Assembly (NCBI RefSeq): GCF_001194135.2
Contig: NC_068984.1
Location: forward strand, 144,641,118 to 144,705,117
Length of the DNA: 64,000 nt
Direction: 5' to 3'
Source: Octopus bimaculoides
Taxonomy: Eukaryota
Shown: piece by piece, positions 47,761-60,907 of the stretch
Layout: every line of letters starts with the position of its first letter
Position numbering within the stretch: the first letter of the stretch is position 1
The notes under the pieces: model-generated
Seen by the model: only the letters and a program-made list of their open reading frames with translations
Told to the model about the DNA's origin: nothing
Databases searched by the model: none
Translations under genes and position numbers: made by a program

Positions 47761-49989
47761 GATGGGATTAAATAAATCTTAGTATGTAGGAGAGCATAGT
47801 TCACAAATGATGTAGTTTCAGGTTCAATACCATGATGTAGCACCTCAAGTGCCATTTTCTATAGCCTCAGGCTGACTCATGGTTTATGAAAGGAACTCAG
47901 CACATGGAAACTGTACAGAAGCCCAAAGATATGGATATATCTTGTAACAGTATATATCAGCAAAAAATGTAAAGATTGCAGATAAAAACCCCTTGAAAAA
48001 ACTCCTCAAACCCTTGCTATTGTGTGTGAACCAGTGGATGGTGCGTTGGAGATCTGTAACCAACTAGAATACTGTTCAAGAAATTTCCATCTTCCATTTT
48101 CTCCACCAATATTCCTGGAAGGATGATGAGGATAGAGTCCTCAGCGATCTCCTCCATAAGATCCTATTCAAATTCCCAAGAGCAACCAACTGTTCTTGGT
48201 TTATCTCTGGATCTCCTGAAGATTGGCCTGGCTTGAAGAATTTGTCATGTGATCCTTTCCTGCAACATTCTGATCATATGTGTGTAGTACCAGAACTATG
48301 ACCTCTCAATGAAGAAAAGTGGTAGCTTGGCCTGGACAGATCCCTTGATCTCTGAGCTACATACCTCGGCTGATTAATGCTACTCCAGAATTCCTTTGTA
48401 TTTCAGATGCTGGTGTGTGCAATTGAAATTGGTCACAACCCAACATTAACGACCATAGGTGCGGATAGACATGAAACCAAATTGAAGAAACCTGATATAT
48501 AAATATCCCTGATAAAGCTGCTCTGTGTATCATAAATGATATCATCATGAAAATAAGATTAAATGGAAAATCATTTTAGATGTGTGCAAAATACAGCTGA
48601 TGGCTTCAATCTATTTTAAGTGATGTAGTACCTGCAACTGCATAGCAAACCAGTTAGAAGCATTTAGTAAACTGCTAGAGTGTCTATATGGGGTTGGTCA
48701 AGATGCTAGAAATAGTAGTTAAATTTCCTCTCAACACTTTATGCAAGGTGTCTCTTTTTTTTTTTTTTTTCAAGTAAATAATGTAGTTCTGTAGACATAA
48801 TGTATAAAAGAAAATTAGGGATTTGGTCATGGATGGAATGTCTTTGATCAGCCCTGATTTGGGGTTAATAAAATAGTGCTGCTGCTGCTGTGGAGGATGA
48901 TACCACCCATGCCAACAACAACAACAACAAAAAGTAAAAGATCCAAAACACTACAACATTGTTATTTCTATTTGACAAAATAATGACAAAATAAACTGAA
49001 AATTTAAATTTCAGGTTTAGCTGTGTCCCAGTGTCCAATAGTAAATGATAAATAAATGAAGTTAACAAGTTTGGTATGGCAGGTTCGATCTCACTGAGTG
49101 ACACTTAAGTAGGTGTCTTCTGCTTTAGAATTGGTGTCATCAGTGCATTGTTGATGCAATTTGGTAGATAGAAGTTGTGATAGAAGCTGATTGTGCATGT
49201 GTCTGCGTTTGTTGTCTGTAAGTATATATGCATGTATGGTAAGGACTGATCTCAGGGTGTTGGGCCTCACAGAGGAAATGACAACAGACTGAGATGTCTG
49301 GTGTTGTATGAGGTTCTTGAGAAGACCTGCCCATGTCAGCAAAACTGAGTTCTAGAAGTGTTGCGTATCCCACCCACCCGTAACAAGAAAAATTTCCACA
49401 CACCCTACCCCAACAAACCAAACTACATCTCTTCTCTTCCTCACATCTCTTTCATGCCCTATTCTTATCTCTCCCTTTCCAATCCTGTCTTCATGGCCCT
49501 GCTCACTGCAGCATAGCTAGCCAGTAGCCCCATCCCACTCTATATACCCAGGTTTCCACCACTCACTGCAATCCCCTCCCTCTATTCTCTTCTCATGCTT
49601 CTTTAGCAATGCTCTGCCGCTTATATTATGACCTCTGTACCTCAAAGATATGCCCTGGCATTTGCCACCATCTACTCCTCTCTTCTTTTACTCAACCATC
49701 CCATTATATTCTGATCCCCATTGCTTGTGAGTATGCCTGGCACTTTACTACCACTGTCTCCCACTCTCTCTTTCTCCTGCTCTTTCCTCAGGCTGGGTGA
49801 CCATGTACTTCCTCTACTGCAGCACACCTGTTTCTGTCCTCATTCCTGATCTCTCTCTCTCCCCAGCCGAGTAACCTTGTACTTCCTCTACATCAAGACA
49901 CCTGTTTCTGTCTCTCTGTCTCACTATAACCTTTCATCATCTGATACAAGATCATCTCCACCAATGCCTCCTCCCCCCCTCAAAAGACA

Positions 49990-50285
49990 TTTATCTTGCA
50001 AGTTACTTGGTGACCCTGTCAGTACAGGTGCCACTTAAAAAGCATCCAGTCCACACTGTAAAGTGGTTGGCATTTGGCAGGGCATCCACTCGTAAAAACC
50101 TTGCCAAACTGACCTCGCCTGTGCTTGTGCTACATAAAAAGCACCAAGTCTACTATGCTGAGTGGTTGGTGTTAGGAAGGGCCTCCAGCTGTAAAAATCC
50201 TGCCAAAACAGACACAGAAGCCAGCTGCTGTTAAACCCTCCAACCCATGCCAGCATAGAAAGCAGATGGTAAATGATGATGATGT
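49990..50285 (+). mobile_element. RTE 3'UTR-derived repeat
   Basis: Core plus (GAT)n tail. Confidence 0.8.
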
Positions 50286-52084
50286 ATATTTTTCTTTTTT
50301 CTTTTCAATTTAAAATAATTTTTGATGAGGCACCTACTTAGTAGTAAAGTTGCAAAGGAAAAAAATCTTTTCTTTGCCATCTTTTAAACCTTAAAAACAT
50401 TTTGCTGATCATTATTCTTCTAAATATCAGGATCATTTCTTGTGGATAACTTAAGGAGATGCATTCTCTCCCAAACAACCCAGTTCAGTCCAGGCAGGTT
50501 GGTACGTATCCTGTAGCTCTAATAATAAGCATGAAACTGAAAGTGCATTTGGGGCTGAACAGGGTTTTTTGGGAGAGACTGCATCTCCTTAATTTATACA
50601 CTACAGTGGTATGTATGTATGCCTGCATGTGTATATTAGGAAAAAGATATGTAGAACAGGGAGAAAATTACTGATGCACTGGTGCAATAAAAAAAATGCC
50701 ATGTCTGTAGCACAAAAACATTTGCCTCTCATCAGAGCCACCATTGTAAAATGCAATGAACTGCAATTGGCTTATAGGAAATCTATCATCAATGACACTA
50801 TTGTTTATATTAAGGTCCCAGGAGGCATGTTACATGTGTTACAGATGTGTTACACATATCTAGCAGAGCTGATTGAGAGGATCCTATTACAACAACAACA
50901 ACAACAACAACAACAACATGGTGTCACCATGGGTTACTAAATTGATATACAATTAGCAGATTATGCTGCTTTTCAGAGTTGAACACTATTTTTTTTAAAC
51001 ATTTAAACCACTTGCTACTTGAAAATTTCAATTTTTAATGGTAACAATCAGTGTTCCCTTCAGGCTGTGTGCTTGTGCACATGCACTCATTTTAACAACT
51101 CAGAAAGGAAAACAATGTGTGCGCACAGGTTTTTAAAGTGAAATTGAATTTTTTTAATCACAAAGTTTGAATGATGTTTACTCACATGGATGTACACATA
51201 CTGAGCAAATAAAGACAAATTTTACGCACAATGCAAATCTCTGTGCATGCCCACAGCAAAAAAAGGAGGTGGGGGGAAGTTGGAAATCATTAAATTATAA
51301 ACTAATTCAGTTAGAAACGACTCACAGATGTTTTTTATAATTTACAAACAAGATTTTCATAATGGGTTCCCTTCTAACAGGATCTGCTTCGATTATGATC
51401 TGGCAACTTTTGTGCAACAAGCTTACTGGGCCTTAAAGAGTAGAGTAACAGAGGATAATGTCAATGAGTATTACAATGTAAGTTAAGTTCCAACTCAATG
51501 ATATATACAGTATATGATGGCATAAAAGACACGTGGCCATGTTAGATGCATCTCAACTTCAGAAGTGCATGTTCAAGACAAAATATTTTTAGTGCATTAA
51601 AGCATGTAAGATGGGCCCAGTTTTGGATATAAGACCTGGGGGAATTTTGGGGGAATTTTTTGCAGGGAGAAGATGGCATCTTATACACTACCAAATATGG
51701 TAATTTATCTCCAAATAGCAGCTGAAGAATATGGTATGATTCAAAAGAAATGTTTTTTTTACATTTATTACTGAATAAAATTTGCAAAAATAAAAAAGTT
51801 ATTAAAAAAAAAATTATATAGTCAGTTATAAAAATATTTTCTGATAACATATATGTTTGTTGAAGAAAAGGGGTCGGATATAGTAATATAAATGCTGTAG
51901 TATATAACTGGTATGTATTTTATGAATCTTGGAGGAATGAAAGTTGACTGTTGAGATTGAAACTCAAAATCTAGATAAGTGGAATTAGATCCATCTAAGG
52001 ATTTTGTCTGATGCATCATTAATTACTACCACCACCACCACCACCACACTATTATATTTAGTAAAGCTCTCCACCACCATCACC

Positions 52085-52372
52085 GGGTGAAATGCTTCGC
52101 GGTAGTTTGTCTGCCGCTGCGTTTTGAGTTCAAATTCTGCCAAGGTCGACTTTGCCTTTCATCCGTTCAAGGTTGATAAATTAAGTACCAGTAAAAAATT
52201 GGGGTCGATGTAATTGACGTATCCCCTCCTCCCTCAAATTTCAGGCTTTGTGCCTTTAATAGAAAGGATTATTATCATTATTATTATCATTATTATTATT
52301 ATTAAGATGGCAAGTTGGCGGAATCGTTAACATGCTGGATAAAATGCTTAGCGGCATTTCATCTGTCTTTAT
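52085..52372 (+). mobile_element. (ATT)n-tailed SINE plus a second head truncated by the RTE insertion
   Basis: Copy at about 52085-52270, (ATT)n, then a new head at 52303-52372 abutting the RTE (CAT)n tail. Confidence 0.8.
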
Positions 52373-52373
52373 A

Positions 52374-53253
52374 TTCATCATCATCATCATCATCATTTAA
52401 CGTCCATTGTCCATGCTGGCATGGGTTGGATGATTTGACCGAGCTGGCATGCTGGAAGGCTGCACCAGACTCCAGTCTGATTTGGCATGGTTTTCAACAG
52501 CTGGATGCCCTTCCTAATGCCAATCACTCAGAGTGTAATCAATGCTCTTACATACCACCAGCATGGGTGCCATTTACATGACACTGGGGTGCTTTTATGT
52601 GCCACTGGCATGGGTGCCAATTTGTGTGACACCAGTATCTGCCATGACTGCGATTTTGCTCGACTTGATAGGTCTTCTTCTCAAGCACGGCATAATGCCA
52701 AAAGTCTCAATCCTTGCTTCTGTGAAGCCCAACACTTGAAAGGAGTTCAGCCACTTTGCCTCCGTGAGGGCCAATGCTTGAAGGGTGTTCTTTACATGCT
52801 ACCAGCACAGTAGCACTTGGCTTGATGAGTCCTCTCAAGCACAGCATATCACAAAAAGTTCTCGGTCACTAGTCATTGCCTCTGTGAGGTCCAAAGTTCA
52901 AAGATCATGCTTCATCATCTTGACCCATGTCTTCCTGGGTATACTTCTAACACAGATTCCCTACATAGTTAGAGATTGGCACTTCTTTACACAGCTGTCC
53001 TTCTTGATACACATCACATGACAATACCAGCGCAGTCATCTCTCTCGCACACCACATCTGATTCCTCTTATGCTTAACTTTTCTCTCAAGATGCTTACAT
53101 TCTGTCAAACATGCACACTGACATTACATCCAGTGAAGCACACTGGCTTCATTTCTTTCAAGCCTACGCCTGTCCTCGGCTGTCACAGCCCATGTTTCAC
53201 TGCCATGCAGCATAGCTGTTTTCACACAAGCATCAAACAATCTGCCTTTCACT

Positions 53254-53300
<47 letters not shown>

Positions 53301-53322
53301 NNNNNNNNNNCTGCCTTTCACT

Positions 53323-53370
<48 letters not shown>

Positions 53371-54075
53371 CCCTTTGTTGTCAGCAGGGATAGGAGCTCT
53401 CTGAACTTTACCCATCCTAAACTTATTCTCACAGCTATGCTCTCGGAGCATCCACCTCCACTTCTAACTACTTCTATCTACTACCTCTAGCTTGCAGTGG
53501 ATGGAGTATATTTTCTGCCTATTTTCAGCATTTATTGTACCTGTGCATCTTCTGCATACAAAAGCTAACTTCTCGGTTAATCTTCCTCTGATATTGCTGC
53601 ACCTTTTGTGTCCAAAGCTTACACTGGGTGCATCTTATGGAATTTCTACCCACACCTTTTCTACAGATTGAGTAGGACCATCTACCTGAAGGGATTTGTG
53701 ATTTGTCTGCCTTTGATTTTCGCTAGGTTAGCTAAGGCCCTTTGATTCTAGACTTTGCTTCCATACCTGAAACATCTTCTCTAGTTCAGGTAGTGATTTA
53801 TCTATAAGAGCAAGGTCATCAGCATAGAGGAGCTCCCAGGGGCAGCTTGTCTTGAATTCTTCTGTTATTGCCTGGAGGACTATGATGAACAAGAGNNNNN
53901 NNNNNGGGGGGGGAGCACTGATCCTTGGTGAACCCCTACTTGTACCCTAAATTCATCACTATACTCATTGCCAACCCTCACCTTACTGACAGCATCCCTG
54001 TACATGGCTTGTACAGCTCTCACCAACCACTCATCTATCCCTAGTTTCCACATTGACCACCAGCAACTTTGCCTT
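52374..54075 (-). mobile_element. 5'-truncated RTE-clade LINE (RT C-terminus, 3'UTR, (GAT)n tail)
   Basis: VGFHQGSVL...CPWELLYADDLAL; WVKFRELL.LL.TKGLSLRVKGRLFDACV.TAMLHGSETW; PRKTW. It is contiguous with the abundant 3'UTR repeat and a (CAT)n end at 52374. Confidence 0.9.
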
Positions 54076-54203
54076 GCATCCTTTCTGGCTCAATAAAATA
54101 AGTACCATTTAAGGACTGGTGGTTGATGTAATCAACTCACCCCTTCCACCGTAATTGCTGGTCTTGGGCCAAAATTTGAAATCTGTATTATTATTATTAT
54201 TAT

Positions 54204-54600
54204 TGATTTGACTCCGGTACACTCTAATTCCTTGTAGAATCTACATAGATCACAGGTTACTACAGGTAACCCTCAGTATCCTCTAACTTTCAATAGTCTT
54301 TCAAGTGCTTAAAATCCTTCTGATAATCTTTCCTGTCTCTAAGAGGTAAACTTTCTTCAGAAGCTCCACAGGTCATTCCATTCCAATCTCCTTCAACCAT
54401 TTCTCTATATCTTTGCTTACAGTTCCCAATGCACCAATTGTTACAGGAACAACCTTTACAGTTTGCATATTCTAAATTCTTGCAATTTCAAATCTTAAGG
54501 GATTATATTTAAAAAATTTTTCATCCCCTTTCTTTATAATCCTGGAATCAAATTGAACATGATGGATCAATTAGAAGCAGCTTCCCTTTTTTTCTTATTT
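54204..54600 (-). mobile_element. R4/Dong-like non-LTR retrotransposon 3' end
   Basis: Minus strand KYNPLRFEIARI...VKVVPVTIGALGTVSKDIEKWLKEIG...LLKKVYLLETGKIIRRIL*, then a 3'UTR ending in (AAT)n. Confidence 0.8.
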
Positions 54601-54660
54601 ATTATTGTTATGCCTGGTTTATAATTTTCTAACTTTTTATCCATTTGAATAGAAATTATA

Positions 54661-54702
<42 letters not shown>

Positions 54703-54704
<2 letters not shown>

Positions 54705-54917
54705 GGCAGCGAGCTGGCAGAATCGTAAGCATGTTGGATGAAATGCTTAGTGGTATTTCACCCATCACTATGTTCTGAGTTCAACTTCCACCAAGGTCTA
54801 CTTTACCTTTCATCCTTTCGGGGTCGATAAATTAAGAACCAGTGAAACACTGGGGTCGACTGAAATCAACTAGTCCCCTCCCCCAAAATTTCAGGCCTTA
54901 TGCCTATAGTAGAAAGG

Positions 54918-54920
<3 letters not shown>
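54703..54920 (+). mobile_element. Full-length (ATT)n-tailed SINE within an (ATT)n tract
   Basis: aggcagcgagctggcag...gtagaaaggattattatt. Confidence 0.9.

Positions 54921-54999
<79 letters not shown>
54918..54999. repeat. (ATT)n to (ACT)n compound microsatellite (SINE tail)
   Basis: Direct reading. Confidence 0.95.
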
Positions 55000-55000
<1 letters not shown>

Positions 55001-55099
55001 GAAAGGAAGATGAAGGACAGCCTGAAGTGGTAAAGATGCTGAACTTCATAAATTAGCAAGACACTGTACTGGAGGAAACCTGTTCATCTGAAGCAAGCA

Positions 55100-55310
55100 T
55101 GGAAAAACATGTACAATCATAATCATCATGTAGCATCCATGTTCCATGCTGGCATAATTCTGATGGTCTGACAGGCAGTCGCAAGGATGGAGAGCTGCAC
55201 CTAACTCGAATTGTCTGTTTTGGCATAGTTTCAACCCCTGGATGCCCTTCCTAATGCCAACCACTTTACATAGTGGAATTGGTTTTTTTTTTTTTTCATG
55301 CTGCCAACAT
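55100..55310 (-). mobile_element. RTE 3'UTR-derived repeat
   Basis: Reverse core ggatgcccttcctaatgccaaccact. Confidence 0.75.
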
Positions 55311-55574
55311 TATCGGGATTGCCATGCAGCTTGCAAGACAATGAATCTTGGGGGAGGTGGGGGTTATCCTTATGCTAAGGGACAAGGGGTTAAAGTATGA
55401 GAGAAGCGATGTCGGAACAGGTTCTTCTGGAGGATCTGCATGGTTAATCATATTTAGTAGAAACGAAGGAGGATGATAAACAAATGATGAACAAGAGCTG
55501 CAAAGGGACAAAGGGTCAGAATTGAAGAGTGGATGATTGATGATGATGATGATGATGTCATTGTATCTATTAGC

Positions 55575-55775
55575 ATGAAGGTAGCAAGCTGGCAGAAAGG
55601 CTTATTGATATTTTGTCTGCTGCTATGTTCTGAGTTCAAATTTTGCAGAGGTCGATTTTGTCTTTCATTCTTTCGGGGTCGATAAATTAAGTACCAGTGA
55701 AACACTGGGGTCGACTGAAATCGACTAGTCCCCTCCCCGCCAAATTTCAGGCCCTGCGTCTATAGTAGAAAGGCT
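55575..55775 (+). mobile_element. (ATT)n-type SINE
   Basis: Close to 54703-54920. Confidence 0.85.
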
Positions 55776-56069
55776 TATATCTATTAGCAACTCTTTGGAC
55801 CTGAAGATATCAGTTCATAGTTTCTCTTTTATATCTGTCTCAAACCTACAGACTCATAAAATAGAAGCTCATCTGGATTTCCAGAGAATTTAGGCTGAAA
55901 GCCTAATACTAAGTGGCATTTAAAATCCCATAGTCTATTATTTACAATACTCTCTTACTGATGATGATAAAAGTGAAGATGATGATTGCTATAGGGATAA
56001 AGAGATATGGATGACTGAGTTCATCTTTTGCATATTGCTGGTTCTTATTTTATAGAACCGAGGTCAATA

Positions 56070-56112
<43 letters not shown>

Positions 56113-56114
<2 letters not shown>

Positions 56115-56288
56115 TTTTTGATCAGATCCCTGGGAAACCAATAGTCTATGAAAGTCAAAAAATTGTGTTGACATCAGCCGCCCACATTCTCAGGAAGTTT
56201 CTCTCCATCTAATATACATGTGCCTTAGGTCTCTGGTTGAGACCCAATCAGAAGATGAAAGAAAATGCAATTCAATCGGGAAATGATC
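56113..56288 (+). mobile_element. R4/Dong-like 3' end inserted in an (AAT)n tract
   Basis: DQIPGKPIVYESQKIVLTSAAHILRKFLSI*, flanked on both sides by (AAT)n. Confidence 0.7.
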
Positions 56289-56661
56289 ATAATAATAATA
56301 ATAATAATGGTTTCAAATTTTGGCACAAGGCCAGCAAGTTCAGGAGGTGGGGTTAAGTTGATTCCATTGACCCCTGTATTAAAGTGGTGCTTATTTTAAT
56401 GACCCCAAAAAGATGAAAGGAAAAGTCAGCCTTGGTGGATACTGCCTTATGTAATAATAATAATAATGATAATGATGAAGGTTTGTTTGTCACCAGGGCA
56501 AAGGATGAGGGAGAGAAATAATGATGAATTTCTGAGACACACGACTCTAAATGATTGTGAAGATGTTTGGTTGATTAAAACCAAATCTAGGACTTGACTG
56601 GTTACTTGTTTTTATTGATTCTGTGGGTGAGTAGTGCAAGAAATAAGGAGAAAATACTCAC

Positions 56662-56865
56662 CCGCTCAAGTTCATCCCGTAACGAAAATATCGACCTTTC
56701 TCGTAAAACAACAAGTTCTTCCAGATATTGGTAACGCAGTTTCTTCCTTGCTCGACATTCTCTTGCACTTTGTCGGCTTCTTTCTAGCCGAGCCTTCTGG
56801 TCAATCTTGGAAGGTTTTCTGCCTCTTCTACCAGCTCGTTTCACTGGCCTTTCGGCAGACATTTT
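56662..56865 (-). CDS. CREBL2: CREBL2/REPTOR-BP-like bZIP exon (204 nt; ATG at 56862)
   Basis: tttcctacag|AAA ATG TCT...GAG CGG|gtgagt. Translation KMSAERPVKRAGRRGRKPSKIDQKARLERSRQSARECRARKKLRYQYLEELVVLRERSIFSLRDELER matches the CREBL2 signature RGRKP.KID.KA.LERSRQSARECRARKKLRYQYLEELV. A short upstream coding exon is possible but was not located. Confidence 0.96.
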
Positions 56866-58869
56866 CTGTAGGAAACAACAAGAGAAAGATTTATTTGCTT
56901 TAAATCATTCATGTCAGTCATAAATCTCAAGCATCAATCACTGATTTATGTAAAAATAGAAAAAGCAACTACCCTTCAACTTCAATAAGTTCCTACTAAT
57001 ATTTTATATTATGATAGTCCTGTTATAATGTGGGACTGTGGTCACCCCATACATTTAACAACTAGAACAATAATCTTTGTTCCTGGGAACAACTCCTTCC
57101 TCACAAGTACACTTGAAGTGTCCACTCCACTCCTGTACATACATCCAGCTGGAGAAACAATGCCAAATGGAAACAGGAGAGGGACTTGGTCCTCTGGCTG
57201 CACCTGGCTGGACAACAGAATAAACAAGAACTGATTAAGCCATAATGACCTGTCCATCCCACGACAGCTTAGAGAGCAGTCATACAATGATGATGATGAG
57301 GAGGAGGAGGAGGATATAAAACACACAAAAAAAAAAATATCCAGAATGTTGATATTGAAGATATATATACGGATACATGGTTCAATTCCTATGGTAACTT
57401 TCCCCCCGCCACTTTTTTTTCCATTGAGTATTTTATTAGAATTTGTAGCTTCATTTGCATTTTTGTAATATTATGAAAAAAGAAAAAAAAGATTTATTTT
57501 CAAATTTCTTCAAAAATGGAAAACAAAAGCAAGCAGTTTTATTACTTACAGTTCATATCTTTGTAACTGCTTCACCAGGAGAGGCAAAGCAGTGGCCAGG
57601 GCTTTCTTCAAACCCTTTTCAAGGCCACTGTGACTGGTGGAATGAAGAGAGGAAGTTGTCCTCCAAACAGAGACTTCACCTATGTTGCTTGTAACAGAAA
57701 AAGACTCCACTAAAGAGACCCAAAGGTCAGCTGATGGTGTTAAACTGGACATTTGGATGTTCAGTCACAAATAACACCCAGGATAACATCTTTAGAAATA
57801 AGTCATCGGAATGGCTCACATATATCAAGGATTTCCAACCACTTTCACCTACAAACCCCTTTGATTACTATTTTATTTTGGAGAACCCCCATAGTTATTT
57901 GATGCTTAAAAACTAGTTTCATAGATATTTCTTTCAAAATAGCCATTATCAGTACAACGGACAGACTTATTTCCAGGAGGTAAGTAAGTTGTGGACACGT
58001 GTTTCTGTTTCAACAGCCATCACCAGCACAACATCAACCTGACCTCATCCCCAGCAACTTGTTTCAGTCATTTCACTGATGCCATGCTGGAGTACAGCCT
58101 TCAGTCGAACAAATCAACCCCAGGACTTATTCTTCGTAAGTCTAGTACTTATTCTATTGGTCACTTTTGCTGAACTGCTAAGTTACAGCAACGTAGACAC
58201 ACCAACATCAGTTGTCAAGCGATGGTGTGGGGGACAAACACAGACACAAATACATAGATACACAAACACACATATATATGACGGGCTTCTTTCAGTTTCC
58301 GTCTACCAAATTCACTCACAAGGCTTTGATCGGCCTGAGGCTATAGAAGACATTTGCTCAAGATATTTAATTACAGAAATATAATAGGATTTTAATTAAA
58401 CATTGAATGGTTATGGCGGTCAAAATAGAGGAAAATAGGAATGAAAGGGGCCCAGAGAAACAGAAGAGGAAGAATATTCTGTATGTGAGAGATGTCTGAA
58501 TTGAAGAAGAGTAGAAATGAATGATAGTCACTGTATCTGGGAGATTAGCTTAATCTGGGAAAGATTAAGATACAGGAAAATATATGAACAAGATTCTGGT
58601 ATTTTTCCATATACGTACAACCAACAAGAGTTAAGTACTACACATACATACACACAAACACACACATCTATATAGAATGCTATCAATACAAGGATACCAT
58701 ACACACACAAGCATTGCATGTGACAACTACACACACACACGTACATGGCACATGACTACAGTATATGCATGCACATACATATAAACAATGCGCATGACTA
58801 CAAATACACACACACACAAACATGTGATCACAAAGCACACATACACACAGACACTCACACAAAACTGAG

Positions 58870-59235
58870 CTGTTATTTACTCAGTTTCAACTAGACAATG
58901 GATCACATTTTAACTGGCCTCAGGTTTAAACAGACAGTAGTTGTTGGTTTTAACGTGACAATAGATTTTTTATACATCCTGGTTTTGACTGAATACTAGC
59001 TCATTGTTTTAGCTAGACATTAGACCTCATTTTAACTGGAGACTAAACCCCATTTTTGCCTGGACCTTAGTTTTACCCGAAGATTAAATTCCAGATTTGT
59101 CTGCACAACAGGGCTCTGTTTTGACTGGATGGTCACTAGGTCTCTGTTTTAATTGAATAATAGACTCTAGTTTTGACAAAAAACTGGACCCTGTTTTCTT
59201 TAGATATCTAGCTCTGTTTTGACAGAAGACTAGAA
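58870..59235. repeat. Highly degenerate ~22-25-bp tandem array
   Basis: Recurrent ttttgactgga.actag.c.ctg motif. Confidence 0.55.
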
Positions 59236-60479
59236 GTAGTTCCCAAAGTCCCTCAAATTATACCCTACCCTCTTAAAAACACAAAACAAAACATTGGACA
59301 ATGGAGTCCTGAATATATGAAATTGGCAGGATGGTCAAGATGGGAATATCATTGGTCACAAATCTCAATCAGGTTTGGTTGGTCTGGAGCTAAACAACAC
59401 CAATGGTAACAGGTTCTTGCAGTTTTGGTCTTTAGAGAATGAAAGTTAAGGTCAACTAAGGCAGGATTGGGAATCAAGAAGAAATACAAGAAATGTCAAA
59501 AGACAAAATGTCTCAGAGCTACTAATTTCTGTTAAGTCACTACATTAAGGAAGTAATAGGCGAACAATCAGTTCAGTCAGATCCATTGATAATCGGATAC
59601 AACAACAACAACAAGAATGTAAGTACAATGACAACAATCCACAATGCGACAACCACAAAGATTCTTTATTTATAACACAGCTGACTCATGCAGCAGTAAT
59701 CTGTCTGCCTGTTTTGTTATTCTGTGTCTGTTAACTATTCTCAGTCTGTCTCTTTTACTCTCTGTCAATTCATGAAGACTGCCTAATCTTTCTCAGTCAA
59801 TTACAACAATAACTTATAAAAATAAAACAGCAAAATGACCGAGGAATTTACTTAGAACTTAAATCAGCTGACACAAACAATGTTGATCTATCTTTCTAAA
59901 TTCTTTATTAACAAACCAAACCACATCTTTTCTCTTCTCGCATTTCCACTTTAAACACTATGCTTACCCCCAACTCCCCAACCCTGTCCTCTTGGCCCTG
60001 TCTCACTGTATCATTGCTATCTGCTAACCCTTGACCTGTGTGTTCCACTCACACTTATCAAGAAAACTTTACGCACATATCCTGCTCCAAGAAACCAATC
60101 TCTTCATCCCTTCTCTTCCTCACATTTCCTCCTTCATCCACTATGTCCACCTCTCCCCAATCCTGGCCTCATGGCCCTGTAACTCCCAGATGAGTGGGAG
60201 CACTAAAAGGTGGAGGATCAAATATGTGCAGTTCTACTCTTATATAAGTACAGCAGATGAGTGACTAGAGCTGTAGTTAGAAAAGTGATGGAGGGAAGGG
60301 GTAGGGGAATTTTTTCAGGAATAGGTTGGGTATGGGTGGAGGAACAGACATAAAGTGATATGTTTTTGCTTTAAGGATTTCATTTTTGCTTAGATGGACA
60401 GGTCATCTCAACTACAGCAAATCAGCAACCATCTCAGTCCTTAGTCCTCCATGAAAGCCAACATTTGGAAGTCATTCTT

Positions 60480-60785
60480 CACTATTTCATCCTATATCTT
60501 CCTCTTTCACAACTTCCATCCACTTTTAGTGACCGGCATTTTTTTATGCAGCTGTTTACCATCCATTTTCATGACATGACCAAACCAGTGCATACTAGAT
60601 CTGATGCCTCTTATACCCAATTTTTCTCTCAGCACATTTGAACATTGTACCATGCATATGGCACACTCATATTGCACATCCAGTGGAGAATGCTAGCTTC
60701 ATTTTTCTCTGGCTTTCATTTGAACTCAGCATTCATGGCCCACATTTCACCACCATGTAGCATTGCTGTTTGTATACAAGCATCA
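60480..60785 (-). mobile_element. RTE LINE fragment, same family as 52374-54075
   Basis: Minus strand DACIQTAMLHGGEMW...NEASILHWMCNMSV. Confidence 0.7.
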
Positions 60786-60832
60786 CGTAATCTTCCTTTC
60801 ACTATACTAACACACACACACACACACACAAA

Positions 60833-60907
60833 GCCGAAACGTTGTGTTAACAACAAACAAGATGAGGGCAAATATCTGTCAAATGTAAATAATGTAAATA
60901 ATGTACC
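60833..60907 (+). mobile_element. 3' half of the same hammerhead-bearing family
   Basis: GCC-GAAAC-GTT-GTGTT followed by a tail nearly identical to 63484-63530; the 5' half is replaced by (CA)n. Confidence 0.6.
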
